This document shows, piece by piece, positions 28,515-38,276 of a DNA stretch of 64,000 nucleotides. The position numbers and the translations under genes are program-made. Under the pieces are notes generated by a model, which worked only from the letters and a program-made list of their open reading frames with translations, had not been told where the DNA came from and ran no database searches. The stretch spans positions 5,268,609-5,332,608 of the forward strand of contig OZ244235.1 in NCBI GenBank assembly GCA_965217095.1, read 5' to 3'. Origin of the DNA: Candidatus Latescibacterota bacterium. GTDB taxonomy: Bacteria; Latescibacterota; UBA2968; UBA8231. Positions within the stretch are counted from its first letter, which is position 1, and each line of letters starts with the position of its first letter.

Positions 28515-28537
28515 GATTCCGTACACCGTACGGAATC
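28515..28537. promoter_or_regulatory. perfect inverted repeat GATTCCGTAC-ACC-GTACGGAATC upstream of paralogue A
   Basis: 10-bp perfect arms with a 3-nt spacer, about 35 nt upstream (minus sense) of the repeat and start region. Confidence 0.4.
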
Positions 28538-29188
28538 CCATCTCGGATGCCAACTATTCAGGACCTATTTCATCGGCAACGGTATAAAGATAACCAGGAG
28601 TTACGCCGTTGTGCTTGACCGTACCTTGATCCGACAGAGACAAAAGGAAGGGGCGGTGTGAGAACGCTTTTGCCACATTCTTGTTCTGGGTGACCGAACT
28701 ACCGACTCTCAACTTTGTTAGCTTCTGCTGAGAGCCGTGATACCACGTCAGGTTATAGTCGCAATCTGGCATCAGTCACCTCAGAACCGCAAACTGAAAG
28801 GAAAACGGCCAAAACCAGCCTGCAAATGCCGCCCAACGTTAGGTCGGCTCGCACACCGCAAAGCGGCTTGCTAAGGGCCAGCGCCGAACGGAGCGCAGCG
28901 CGAGCCGTAGTGACATAGGGCCCGTGGCGTGCCCCGAGCGTTCCATTCACTCAAGCAGGTAGCGCTCCCAGGTTGAGTTCGTAGGTCTTTTCCTGTTGTC
29001 CCTCATACACTCGATGAATCGAAACGCTGTATGGTAGCCTGCATTCGCGGTAGAATGCTGGCGGAACTGGCGAAAATTGCCTTCGCGGAGCAAGGTGAGA
29101 TGGAAGTCGCGGATGACACGAGAGCAAACTCCCTCAAAACGTTTTACAATGACCGGTTTCTTAGTTTGACAGACAGGTTTCAACCTCT

Positions 29189-32100
29189 CTACCTGCGCGG
29201 CCGTCGCACTCGAATTGGGTCGGGGGGTTGTGGTCGGATCCTAACCTCCTCATCCTTCAGCAATTCGAGGGCGACGTCGACGGCTTTTTCGAGCTGGGGG
29301 TCGTGGCCCATATTGACCAGCTTCGGATCCTGCTCGACTTCGATATCCGGTGCGACCCCGATGTTCTCGACATCCCACTCGCCCTCTAGATTGTAAAATC
29401 CCCCGCGGGGAGCGGTGATGTACCCGCCGTCAATCAAGGGCGGTACGTCCCATACTCCGACCAGTCCGCCCCACGTGCGGGTGCCCACGAGAGGACCAAT
29501 TTCCTTCAGACGGAACATGTAGGGCAGCATGTCGCCCCCCGATCCCGCCATCTCGTTGATGATCATGACCTTTGGGCCCCACACTGCGGCGTTAGGGGCC
29601 GTGAACGGCTGCCGGTCTCCGAGAGGATTGTTGAAATATCCAAGTAACTTGCGCGACAACAGATCGACAATATAGTCTGCGATATAGCCCCCGTGATTGA
29701 AGCGCTCGTCGATTATAGCTCCCTTCCTGTCCTGCTGGGCGAAGTAATAGCGGTTGAAGCTCCGTTGGCCCGCTCTCGACGTGTTAGGTAACCAAACGTA
29801 AGCGATTCGACCGTAGGTCAACTCGTCGACCTTCCGACGGTTGCTCTCCACCCAATCCCGCTGGCGGAGGGCTGCTTCGCTCTTCACCGGCACGACGGTC
29901 ACCTCCCGCGCGCCGGATGTGTCCGGCTGATCGTTGACCAAGAGCGCGGTCTGCTCGTCAGCAGTGCGGTCGAACAGGCTGTACAGATTCATACCGGCGT
30001 CGAGAGCGTCACCGTTCACAGCCAACACGTAGTCGCCACCGCTGACATCGATGCCGGGACCGCTAAGGGGGGCGCGAAGCTCTGGATTCCAGTTCTCCCC
30101 GGTGTAGATCTTGACGATGCGGTAACGGCCTCGGTTGACCTCGAAATCGGCTCCAAGCAATCCTACCGGAACCCGATCGACCTCCGGCCAATCGCCGCCC
30201 CCAGTGAAAGAATGACCGATGGCGGTCTCGCCGCCGAGCTTATCGAGGATGTACGTGAGATCGGCTCGGTGACGAACGTTCGCCACCCAGGGAGAGTACG
30301 TCTCGTATACCCAGTCGAGGTCGAGCCCGTGGACATTGTCAACGTAGAAGTAGTCGCGTTGGTAGCGCCAGGCTTCCCTGAACATCTGCTCCCATTCAGC
30401 TTTAGGATCGACCTTCATTCTCATACCGTCGACGGGCAGGGCCTCGTCGATCGGCTCTATCTCCTCCCCCGCATCGGCGATTTCCCACACGTCATCATGA
30501 GTCCGATAGAGAAGCTTTTTGCCGTCTGCCGAGACGAGGACGTCTTCGATACCGTCCAGTACCTGCTTACCCTCGCGGTCTTGGAGGGAATAACGGTGCA
30601 ACCGCATCCCATCTTCGTTCGGAACATGCTCGCTGTAGTATATGACACCCTCTTCGCCGGCAAGCAGCGTCGCGTAGTTCCGTGCGGGTATGTCAAGGGC
30701 GATGATGCGCTGATCGAGACCGTTGAAGTCTATGTGGACATCAACGGGCTCTTTGTCGTCATCATCACCATCTTCAGATTTCTTATCTTCGCCATCCTCA
30801 CCGTTGTCCTCTTCCTTCTCCTCCTCGGGCTTCTCGTCATCACTTTCTGGCAGTATGGGAGAGGGCTCGTCAGCCGCGAGCACTGCGAGGTAGATCGCGC
30901 GACTGAGGGGACGATCGATGGAACTCATGTCGAGCCAACCGACTTGCAGTCCGTAATCGGTGCTGGACATGAAGTAGAGATATTTGCCGTTGGCATCCCA
31001 TGCCGGCGACAGGCAATCCGAAAGGCCATCGGTCAACTGAAACGACTTTCGTTGCTCGAGAGAGTAGACGAAGATGACATTGTATTGATTCGGCAATCGT
31101 TTGGTGTACGCGATCCACTTGGAGTCGGGTGACCACTCGGGGTAGATAGTGCGATAAGGATGGGAGAACCCCTCGTTGTCGATGAGCTCGGCTTTACCCT
31201 CGGCGACATTGGCAACCCACAGGTTGCGGTCTGCATCGGCGAAGCTGATGTGTTCGGAGTCGGGCGACCACTTCGGCGTGTAGTAGAAGGTCGGGTGATC
31301 TAGGCGCATGGTCGTCTGATTCTTGCCGAATTGGTCAGCAATGACCAGCTGGTACTCACCGCCCGCGTCAGAAAACCAGCTGATACGCGTACCGTCCGGA
31401 GACCAGGCGGGCGTGCGATCGGCAACGCCAGGGCTGCGCGTTAGGTTGCGGATCGACCCCTTCTCCGCCGGAACCGTGAAGATGTCCCCCCGAGCTGAGA
31501 ATACTGCACGTTTGCCTTTGGGCGAGATCGCTCGTCCACGGATGAGGCCGTCGACACTCTCCCAGTGAGGGCGTGCCCATGGAAAATCACCACGAAGCTG
31601 TACGGAAAGCCTTTCGGGTGTCCCACCGCCCGCGTCGAGCGTATAGAGATAACCACTGTTTGTGAAGACAAGCTGCCCCGCACCGCCCTCGAGGTCACCG
31701 CAGTCGGCATCCGTGAAGAAGGTGAGCTGTTCGAGTTTTTCTGCCTTCAGGTCGTAGGTCCACACATTCACGACGTGGTCGCGGTCAGATAGAAAGAAGA
31801 TCCTCTCACCCAGCCACACGGGGTTCTTGTCATTGGCTCCGTCCCAGGGAAGTTTCTCGACGTCATGTGTCTTTAAATCGATGATCCGAATCGGGTTGTT
31901 CTGTCCGCCGCGATAGTGCCGCCATTCGCTCTCCCACTGGAAAACCATTTGGTATGCGAGACGACGGCCATGTGGAGAGAGTTGTCCTTCTAGGAGCCGA
32001 GGTACAGGCAGTACATTCGGAAGGCCGCCGTCGAGTCCTATGGTCCAAAACTTATAGAGATACTGACGCGGGGCACTCGTTCGCCCAGAAGCGAACAGGA

Positions 32101-32458
32101 CGCGATCGTCTGGCGTCCAACCCCTCACAAGGTCGGGCCCGGGATGCCAGGTAAGACGTTGCGGTTCTCCTCCTTCCACGTCTACAACGTAGACGTCGAT
32201 GTTGCCGTCATACTCTCCAGACAGTGCAATTCGGGTGCCGTCGCGCGAGAAATGCGGCTGAAACTCTGCACCTGGGAAGGTGGTGATCCGCCTTGCCTCT
32301 CCACCATCCGTGTCAACGAGCCAGATGTCGTTTGCATAGACGAACGCAACGTGGTTCTCACTGATTGCCGGTTGCCTCAGCAATCGCGCTTCTTCAGCGA
32401 AAACTGCCGTTGCAAGCAGAAAGCTGAAGGCTGCAGACAGAACAATGCTGGCTTGCAT
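29189..32458 (-). CDS. tricorn protease homologue (β-propeller domains, PDZ, S41-type peptidase domain)
   Basis: Start chosen at MQASIVLSAAFSFLLATAVFA, a signal peptide. The track ORF extends to 32596. WD40/tricorn-type propeller signatures, then PDZ and C-terminal-processing-peptidase-like regions. Acidic insert DDEKPEEEKEEDNGEDGEDKKSEDGDDDDKE at about 30750-30850. Confidence 0.75.
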   Translation of the reverse strand: MQASIVLSAAFSFLLATAVFAEEARLLRQPAISENHVAFVYANDIWLVDTDGGEARRITTFPGAEFQPHFSRDGTRIALSGEYDGNIDVYVVDVEGGEPQRLTWHPGPDLVRGWTPDDRVLFASGRTSAPRQYLYKFWTIGLDGGLPNVLPVPRLLEGQLSPHGRRLAYQMVFQWESEWRHYRGGQNNPIRIIDLKTHDVEKLPWDGANDKNPVWLGERIFFLSDRDHVVNVWTYDLKAEKLEQLTFFTDADCGDLEGGAGQLVFTNSGYLYTLDAGGGTPERLSVQLRGDFPWARPHWESVDGLIRGRAISPKGKRAVFSARGDIFTVPAEKGSIRNLTRSPGVADRTPAWSPDGTRISWFSDAGGEYQLVIADQFGKNQTTMRLDHPTFYYTPKWSPDSEHISFADADRNLWVANVAEGKAELIDNEGFSHPYRTIYPEWSPDSKWIAYTKRLPNQYNVIFVYSLEQRKSFQLTDGLSDCLSPAWDANGKYLYFMSSTDYGLQVGWLDMSSIDRPLSRAIYLAVLAADEPSPILPESDDEKPEEEKEEDNGEDGEDKKSEDGDDDDKEPVDVHIDFNGLDQRIIALDIPARNYATLLAGEEGVIYYSEHVPNEDGMRLHRYSLQDREGKQVLDGIEDVLVSADGKKLLYRTHDDVWEIADAGEEIEPIDEALPVDGMRMKVDPKAEWEQMFREAWRYQRDYFYVDNVHGLDLDWVYETYSPWVANVRHRADLTYILDKLGGETAIGHSFTGGGDWPEVDRVPVGLLGADFEVNRGRYRIVKIYTGENWNPELRAPLSGPGIDVSGGDYVLAVNGDALDAGMNLYSLFDRTADEQTALLVNDQPDTSGAREVTVVPVKSEAALRQRDWVESNRRKVDELTYGRIAYVWLPNTSRAGQRSFNRYYFAQQDRKGAIIDERFNHGGYIADYIVDLLSRKLLGYFNNPLGDRQPFTAPNAAVWGPKVMIINEMAGSGGDMLPYMFRLKEIGPLVGTRTWGGLVGVWDVPPLIDGGYITAPRGGFYNLEGEWDVENIGVAPDIEVEQDPKLVNMGHDPQLEKAVDVALELLKDEEVRIRPQPPDPIRVRRPRR

Positions 32459-32882
32459 GAGTGACTCTCTTTGAGGCGATGGAGAAGAGCGTCCTCTCAG
32501 GCATGGACGCTGTGGAACAGGCAATACTACGCCTGCTCTATCGCTCTTGCAATGAGAAATCCCTCTGCTGCGCCATGTGAGAGAATCCCTTTGCACACAC
32601 GCGCAGAAAGACGCTTCGGGGATAGAGTCGGTAATCGGATTATGACAACGATTTGGATGTTAGGATTCCTAGAACTGGATTACGGGAAGGAGTCCTCCCC
32701 ACGAAGGCAGTTTGGGCGTGGTATCTTGGCTAACAGATGGTCTAGCTTCGCCGAAAGAGGTGGACTACTCTCGGGCGCAAATTGACATGCAATTGTGGGA
32801 ACAGGCAACACATCATTTCTCAGTAGCTGCGGTATGGCAGAGTCTTCAAGCTCTGCATAGGCAAACTGGTCTAGCCGTGACA

Positions 32883-32915
32883 TTAACATCCCTTGGGTAG
32901 GAACGGGCGGGCTCG
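32883..32915. repeat. 33-nt repeat copy B, TTAACATCCCTTGGGTAGGAACGGGCGGGCTCG
   Basis: Second copy, about 430 nt upstream (minus sense) of the tricorn start. On the minus strand it is immediately followed by ATG of small ORF 32680..32889 (...CCCAAGGGATGTTAATG). Confidence 0.6.
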
Positions 32916-32951
32916 CCTACGGGACTTTGGAAGAACGCCAATTGGACACCA

Positions 32952-33254
32952 TCAAAGGATAATTTCAAAGCCTTCAAATTGCGGATGACCGAGATAGGTG
33001 CCTTGCGGGGCATGGTCTTGGGCGTGGGCCTTGCGAAAGGACTCCGATTCAGTCCACGCGTCAAAGTTTGTCTCTGAATCCCAGACCGAATGGGATGCGT
33101 AAAGCGTGTGGTCTTCGTTGGTGGGACCGCGCAAGAGGTGGAACTCCCGGAAGCCGGGTACTTCGTCAAGAAAGGATTCGCGCTGGCGCCAGAGATTTTC
33201 GAAGGTTGCTTCGCTGCCGAGGGCGATTTTGAAGCGGTTCATCGCAATATACAT
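32952..33254 (-). CDS. antibiotic-biosynthesis-monooxygenase (ABM) domain protein
   Basis: 100 aa. MYIAMNRFKI...FENLW...PGFREFHLL...YASHSVWDSETNFDAWTESESF is the classic ABM/Dabb pattern. Confidence 0.7.
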   Translation of the reverse strand: MYIAMNRFKIALGSEATFENLWRQRESFLDEVPGFREFHLLRGPTNEDHTLYASHSVWDSETNFDAWTESESFRKAHAQDHAPQGTYLGHPQFEGFEIIL

Positions 33255-33533
33255 GGAGTCCTCATGTTATTTGGGTGTGCTGTGGGAAGCATTCTATTAA
33301 AGATAGCACTCCGGAATTATCGGGCAGTGGTCGGACATCGGCAAGCACGGGAAATGGCTTTGTTTGGAAACAAGCGGGGTGGCGCAATCCTGGAGCGACG
33401 CTGTCGAAGGTTCACCGCAGTCCGACCCGGCGGATTCATGCACAGCGCGATGCCCCCTGCTGCGCGATGAAGCGGTCGTCAATGAACCGTTGCCGGCGCG
33501 AACCGTCGTCGATTGCGGTAGCCAACGTTGTTC

Positions 33534-35090
33534 TCATAGCGGCTCGAAGAACGTCAGGTCGGCGCCAAAGCTCTCCATCGCCGCCACCTCGTCGCCGCGC
33601 AAGCGCGCCTTGATCTCCCGCGTGAGGTGCGCGAGCACGATCTCCTCGGTGGGCAGCTTGAAGGCGATGGTGATGGGCCGGTTCAGCGGCGGCTCGGCCA
33701 CGAACGGATAGCCGTTCGCCATGCGGAGCTCTGCCTCCACGCCCTCGAGGCGCATGGCCGCCAGGTCGACCCAGGGCGGCAGGCGGACGAACAGCGGTGC
33801 GGGCGTCTTCACCCGCACCGACAGCGTAGGATGGGTGTAGGGAGATTCGATCTTCAGGTGACGCGTCTCGCGATCGAAGAGCAGGTTGACCCGGTGACCG
33901 GTCGCGTCGAACCGCGTCGCTTCCCGAAGGGCCTCGCACAGCGACCCGACCGCGCCGCCGCCGACGTCGGTGTTGAAGCGCATGCGCTCCTGTTCGAGGG
34001 GTTCGTGCCCGAAAGGGGCCGGGAAGCCGAAGGAGCCCCGGATGCGCCCGGCGACATCGGTCAGGGCGTCTACCCCGTCCGGATTCGCCGGCTCCTCGAT
34101 CCACGACACGTCGCGCAGCTGCGACGGCAGCAGATGGCAGCGCAGGATCCGCTCGGCGTCGTGGTAGTACTCGGTGTACCCCCACCGCCCCAGGATCAGC
34201 GCCGTCTCGAGGATGTCGCCGGTGTTGTTCATCTCGCCCTCGTCGGGCCTCTTGCTCTCCGGTGACGCGTCCTCGATGGACCAGCCGATCCCGTCGCGCA
34301 TCTCCCAGAGACCGTTGTCGTAGAACGCCTTCACCCGGTTCATCAACGGCGTGTCACCGGTCAGGTCGGCGAGCTGTGCCAGGGACGACATGGTGCAGGT
34401 GACAGAGTGGGCATGCGTGCCGAACAGCTCGCGGTCGTAGGAGCCGTCCTCGGTGAAGTAGCGGCCGATCGCCTTCTCCTTCAGCAGGAGCGCGAGCTCG
34501 AGCGCGGCGGCGTGACCCGTGGAGCGATAGTACTTCACCAGGGGACCGATCGTGCGCGCAACCCCGGAGATGAACGTGCCGGAATCATTGAACACGATGC
34601 CCTGCTGCTCGAGCCGCGCCGCGTCCCACTCGGTCTCGGGATTCCAGTAATCGAGGATGGTCTGTATGCTCGCCTCAGCGAGATCGCGGGCCCGGAGTGA
34701 TCCCCGGAACTTGACGAGGGCGTACAGGGCGTGGAAACCCTCGCGCACGTGGTGCGGCACGAGCACGCGCGGCGACCCCGCCCCGTCCTGCCGGCCGAGG
34801 GACAGGGGCAGCGGACCGCTGTAGGACAGGAAGGCCGCCCGCGCATGCTTGTCGATGGCTTCTTCGTCGATGGCCACCTCGACGACGTCCTCGGCGTTGA
34901 GGAGGGCGTTGAGGTGCCGGCCGGGAACGTGGTCGATCAGGGGGATGCCCAGAAATGCGTCCGGCCTGGCGACCACGCGGAAGTACGGCACGTCGCCATC
35001 GTCGGCATCGAACACGTTGCACATGCAGTGACACCCCAGGCGGATCGCGTCCTCGATGTCACTCGTGTTGACGTCAGTCAAGTGGGTCAA
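33534..35090 (-). CDS. hypothetical protein, possibly (α/α)6-barrel glycoside-hydrolase-like
   Basis: 518-aa ORF with no recognisable motifs. Long coding stretch with ordinary residue composition. Confidence 0.5.
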   Translation of the reverse strand: MTHLTDVNTSDIEDAIRLGCHCMCNVFDADDGDVPYFRVVARPDAFLGIPLIDHVPGRHLNALLNAEDVVEVAIDEEAIDKHARAAFLSYSGPLPLSLGRQDGAGSPRVLVPHHVREGFHALYALVKFRGSLRARDLAEASIQTILDYWNPETEWDAARLEQQGIVFNDSGTFISGVARTIGPLVKYYRSTGHAAALELALLLKEKAIGRYFTEDGSYDRELFGTHAHSVTCTMSSLAQLADLTGDTPLMNRVKAFYDNGLWEMRDGIGWSIEDASPESKRPDEGEMNNTGDILETALILGRWGYTEYYHDAERILRCHLLPSQLRDVSWIEEPANPDGVDALTDVAGRIRGSFGFPAPFGHEPLEQERMRFNTDVGGGAVGSLCEALREATRFDATGHRVNLLFDRETRHLKIESPYTHPTLSVRVKTPAPLFVRLPPWVDLAAMRLEGVEAELRMANGYPFVAEPPLNRPITIAFKLPTEEIVLAHLTREIKARLRGDEVAAMESFGADLTFFEPL

Positions 35091-35282
35091 GGCAGGCTCC
35101 TTGTCAACGGCATCAGAAGTACGTCAAACTTGACAATAACGTATGCGCTGACCAAGGCTGTCCAGCCCTTTATTGCTCAGTTCAGCCGATTTTGGCAGAT
35201 TCCGTTTTACTGCTTCCCGTGGAGAGCGCTGAAACGCCCACCTTTCAACCCGTGAGATCCGGGAACAAGCAGGGCCGAAGCT

Positions 35283-38258
35283 ATGAGCAATCTACTCGTG
35301 CGCACGTGCTGGATCCTCGTGCCGGTGCTGGCCTGGGGTGCGGGGACCAAGGGTCAGAAGCCGGCGCACATCCAGGGGCCGCCCCAGATTTTACCCCCAC
35401 AACTGTTACTGCGCCAGGAGCGGCCCACCTACCGCAATTACGCCTTCCAAAGCTTTGTCAACTACGCGAACCACACTCAGCCCTATGATGATATCCCCAA
35501 GGCCTACTACAGCTCGCTGGGTAATTATCTGATCACCGGCTATCCCCTCTACGAGTGGGGGGAGACCCGCAGGGTGGGACAGGAGTGGGGCAGCCGCATA
35601 TTTAAAGAGAAGGGTGTGGGAAGGGTTATCGGCTCGTGGGGAAGTGTTTTCGACAGCATGGTGCTGGGGCGCGACAGCCACGACAGCTGGAGCTATGTGG
35701 CCATCGTCGGCGACGCGCTGATTGCGCGTTTTTCCCCGCTGACGCTGTCGAAGACGAATTTCAACGGCATACGGGTGGATATAACCACGCCGTATTTGAA
35801 GGTCACCGGCTTGGGATCGCGTGTCGAACGGCCCCACGGTTTTATCCCAACGACTCCTCCGACATGGGTTTCTGATTCCAAGACCCATCTAGCCGACGAT
35901 TCCACCCTGCTTTTGGGTAGCCGGGTGCAGGCCGAGCTGGGTGCCCTAAAGGTGGGTCTCAACTGGGCGAACCAGCACGTGTACGAGAGCACGCAGTTGG
36001 GCAACAGTCTCAAAGGCAGGTTGCGGCCGGACCAGCCGCTGGTGGACTGGATCATTGTGCGCTTTTCCGACGACTCGCCAGCGGACGGTCTGGGCGGTGC
36101 CGTAGTGCACGAGGTGCAGCTTGTGGTCAACGGCGAGGTGCGGCCGGATCTGCGCCGGGCGGTGGTGCGGCACCAGACTGGGGCCACACCACAGGTGGGG
36201 ACGGTTTCGCAGGCCACGGGTAAGTTCCGCCCGGTCGTATACAACAAACCCAAAAACAAGGCCCTCAGTTTCGAAGGCAGCACCTTTTACCGGGGGCGCG
36301 AGGTCCCGCTCTATGCCGACTATCTGACGCTCCTGGATCACGTGGCCGGAGTCGATGTGAGCAAGACCGCCCACCTGAGGGGGCTCTTGGGGAGTTTTGC
36401 GCTGGAATCGCCCGCAGAGATTCTGCGCGCCGACGGAGACGAGCAGCTGATTTTTCTCTTCGACGTGTCGGAGGAGCCCTACATCGAGTCGGTCGAGCTG
36501 GAGGCCGTCCTGGGCAACGACTATCGGGCGGAGGTGGCGTTTCTGCATACGGTGGGTCCGAGCGGCAAGGCCTACTACGCCGAATTCTTGAGCAGTTACT
36601 ATCACACGGTATTGCGCGCCCGGGGCAATGTGCAGGACCTGTCGAACCTCAAGCGGGTGCGCTTCGAGCTTGGAGAGCACACCGGCCACTTTGCCTACAG
36701 TGCCGACGTGGATCTGCGCCTGAAGAGTGTGGCGATCCACGGTGAGTACGCGCGCTCGTCGGTGTACGGGCGATATCCGGCACATTTGGAGCAGGAAGCC
36801 CGGTTCGACGTGAGTCCGCGCTTTGTGCAGCGGGGCGCGGCCTACTACGTCAATGCGACGCGATGGTTCGGGCGTGGCCGGTTGGGCGGGGAGTACTTTT
36901 CGATCCATCCCGACTTTCAGACCGAGATACGCACCTTTCTGGACTGGGAGCAGGCCCTGTCATTGGGCAACCTGTACGGGTTGGTCAATCAGACGATGTA
37001 CTGGCAGCTGGTGGAGGACAACGACGATGGGGACCGCTACCCCGACCAGCGGTTTGGCAATCTCCCCGGTCTCATGAACGATAGTAAGGGATACGATATC
37101 GATGGGGTTCTCTTAGGGCAGGACGAGGACAACGACGGTACGCTAGAGATCAATCGCAATCTCAACGACCTTGCCGACTACGAAGAGCCCTTTCTGATGT
37201 TCGATGTGGAGCCCAACGTCTATGTCTACGGCCTCGATCGCAACCACAACGACGAGCCTGACCACCGCGAGGACGACGGCGAGGTGGACTACCCCTATGA
37301 CTACGACCAGCGGGGCTACCACTTCTTTGGACAATGGGATTTGACGCGGTACTGGTCGCTGGCGGCGGGCCGCTTCACGACGCGACAGATGGCCGGCAGC
37401 GGTCGCAGTCGCTCCACCTATGCGCTAATGACCTACCGCAGGGAAAGCGTGGAGCGCCTTCGACGGTTGTTTTTCGAAAATCACTTCCGCCGGGTGCGGG
37501 ATGACATCGGCGACGAGTTCGTGGCGAACCACGAAACACCCACAAGGGACGGCGCTTGGGGAGACCAGGGACTCACTTTTCACTCCGTACGAACGGGCGC
37601 GTTTCTGCCCCCCCGTTTTACCAACTTTTTTCGCCTGGACGCGCTGCTCTACCAGGACAGCTATGTCAACGAAACGTACGTGGAGGGCTGGTTCCATCCC
37701 GGGTCCACGCTCAAGCTGGTGCAGAAGCTGCGCCTGCGACTCAACTGGCAGCAGGGCGGCCCGGTGCGGCCGGGCGTCGTCCAGCGCCAGCGCCGACTGG
37801 ACTTTTGGACCTGGGTCAGCGGGACCGAGTACACCTGGCGCTGGGCCAAATGGAGCGTCACGCCGCAGTACAAGTTCATGTTGCTGCACCTGATGGACCA
37901 GGAGCGCAACCAGGCCCTGCGCACGGAGATCCGTTCGATCCCGATTGTGCGCTTCGCCTATCCGCTGATGAGCCGCACGGTGCTGCAGGGGGGCATCCAG
38001 GGCTGGGGGCCGCTGCCGTATCGCCTGGAGGACCGGGCGACGGAGGCAGCGGAGAGCAACAGCTTTGAGCAGCGCACGGCCTTTGTGACGCTGACGAATC
38101 GCTCGCGGTATTTCGGCTACGAACTGGTGACGATCATCGGAATCCATAAGGATAAAAAGGAGTTCGATACGCCGTTCCAGGATCTCAGGAGCTTTGATAC
38201 CTGGAGCTTTTTCGTACGGGCGCTGGTGGGTTTTACCGAGTACGGACGAATATTCTAG
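35283..38258 (+). CDS. large secreted/outer-membrane protein with Asp-rich Ca-binding-like repeats (paralogue B)
   Basis: 991 aa. Signal peptide MSNLLVRTCWILVPVLAWGAG. Collinear with paralogue A and about 45 % identical. Repeats DNDDGDRYPD, DEDNDGTLEINRN, DRNHNDEPDHREDDGEVDYPYD. Ends FVRALVGFTEYGRIF. Confidence 0.6.
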   Translation: MSNLLVRTCWILVPVLAWGAGTKGQKPAHIQGPPQILPPQLLLRQERPTYRNYAFQSFVNYANHTQPYDDIPKAYYSSLGNYLITGYPLYEWGETRRVGQEWGSRIFKEKGVGRVIGSWGSVFDSMVLGRDSHDSWSYVAIVGDALIARFSPLTLSKTNFNGIRVDITTPYLKVTGLGSRVERPHGFIPTTPPTWVSDSKTHLADDSTLLLGSRVQAELGALKVGLNWANQHVYESTQLGNSLKGRLRPDQPLVDWIIVRFSDDSPADGLGGAVVHEVQLVVNGEVRPDLRRAVVRHQTGATPQVGTVSQATGKFRPVVYNKPKNKALSFEGSTFYRGREVPLYADYLTLLDHVAGVDVSKTAHLRGLLGSFALESPAEILRADGDEQLIFLFDVSEEPYIESVELEAVLGNDYRAEVAFLHTVGPSGKAYYAEFLSSYYHTVLRARGNVQDLSNLKRVRFELGEHTGHFAYSADVDLRLKSVAIHGEYARSSVYGRYPAHLEQEARFDVSPRFVQRGAAYYVNATRWFGRGRLGGEYFSIHPDFQTEIRTFLDWEQALSLGNLYGLVNQTMYWQLVEDNDDGDRYPDQRFGNLPGLMNDSKGYDIDGVLLGQDEDNDGTLEINRNLNDLADYEEPFLMFDVEPNVYVYGLDRNHNDEPDHREDDGEVDYPYDYDQRGYHFFGQWDLTRYWSLAAGRFTTRQMAGSGRSRSTYALMTYRRESVERLRRLFFENHFRRVRDDIGDEFVANHETPTRDGAWGDQGLTFHSVRTGAFLPPRFTNFFRLDALLYQDSYVNETYVEGWFHPGSTLKLVQKLRLRLNWQQGGPVRPGVVQRQRRLDFWTWVSGTEYTWRWAKWSVTPQYKFMLLHLMDQERNQALRTEIRSIPIVRFAYPLMSRTVLQGGIQGWGPLPYRLEDRATEAAESNSFEQRTAFVTLTNRSRYFGYELVTIIGIHKDKKEFDTPFQDLRSFDTWSFFVRALVGFTEYGRIF

Positions 38259-38276
38259 CAGACGGTGTCGATGTTG

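Noticed and set aside
28554-29183. Two small minus-strand ORFs (72 and 78 aa) in the 700-bp gap between tricorn and paralogue A
   Set aside because: No recognisable family and weak or no RBS. They could be real small proteins, but the evidence is insufficient.
32680-32889. 69-aa ORF that starts right after repeat copy B
   Set aside because: Its start coincides with the repeat, which makes it tempting, but the product is not recognisable. I kept it as part of the repeat finding rather than calling a gene.
33436-35034. Several 100-250-aa ORFs on both strands inside 33534..35090
   Set aside because: Arg/Pro/Gly-rich alternative frames of the 518-aa gene with no RBS. High-GC artefacts.
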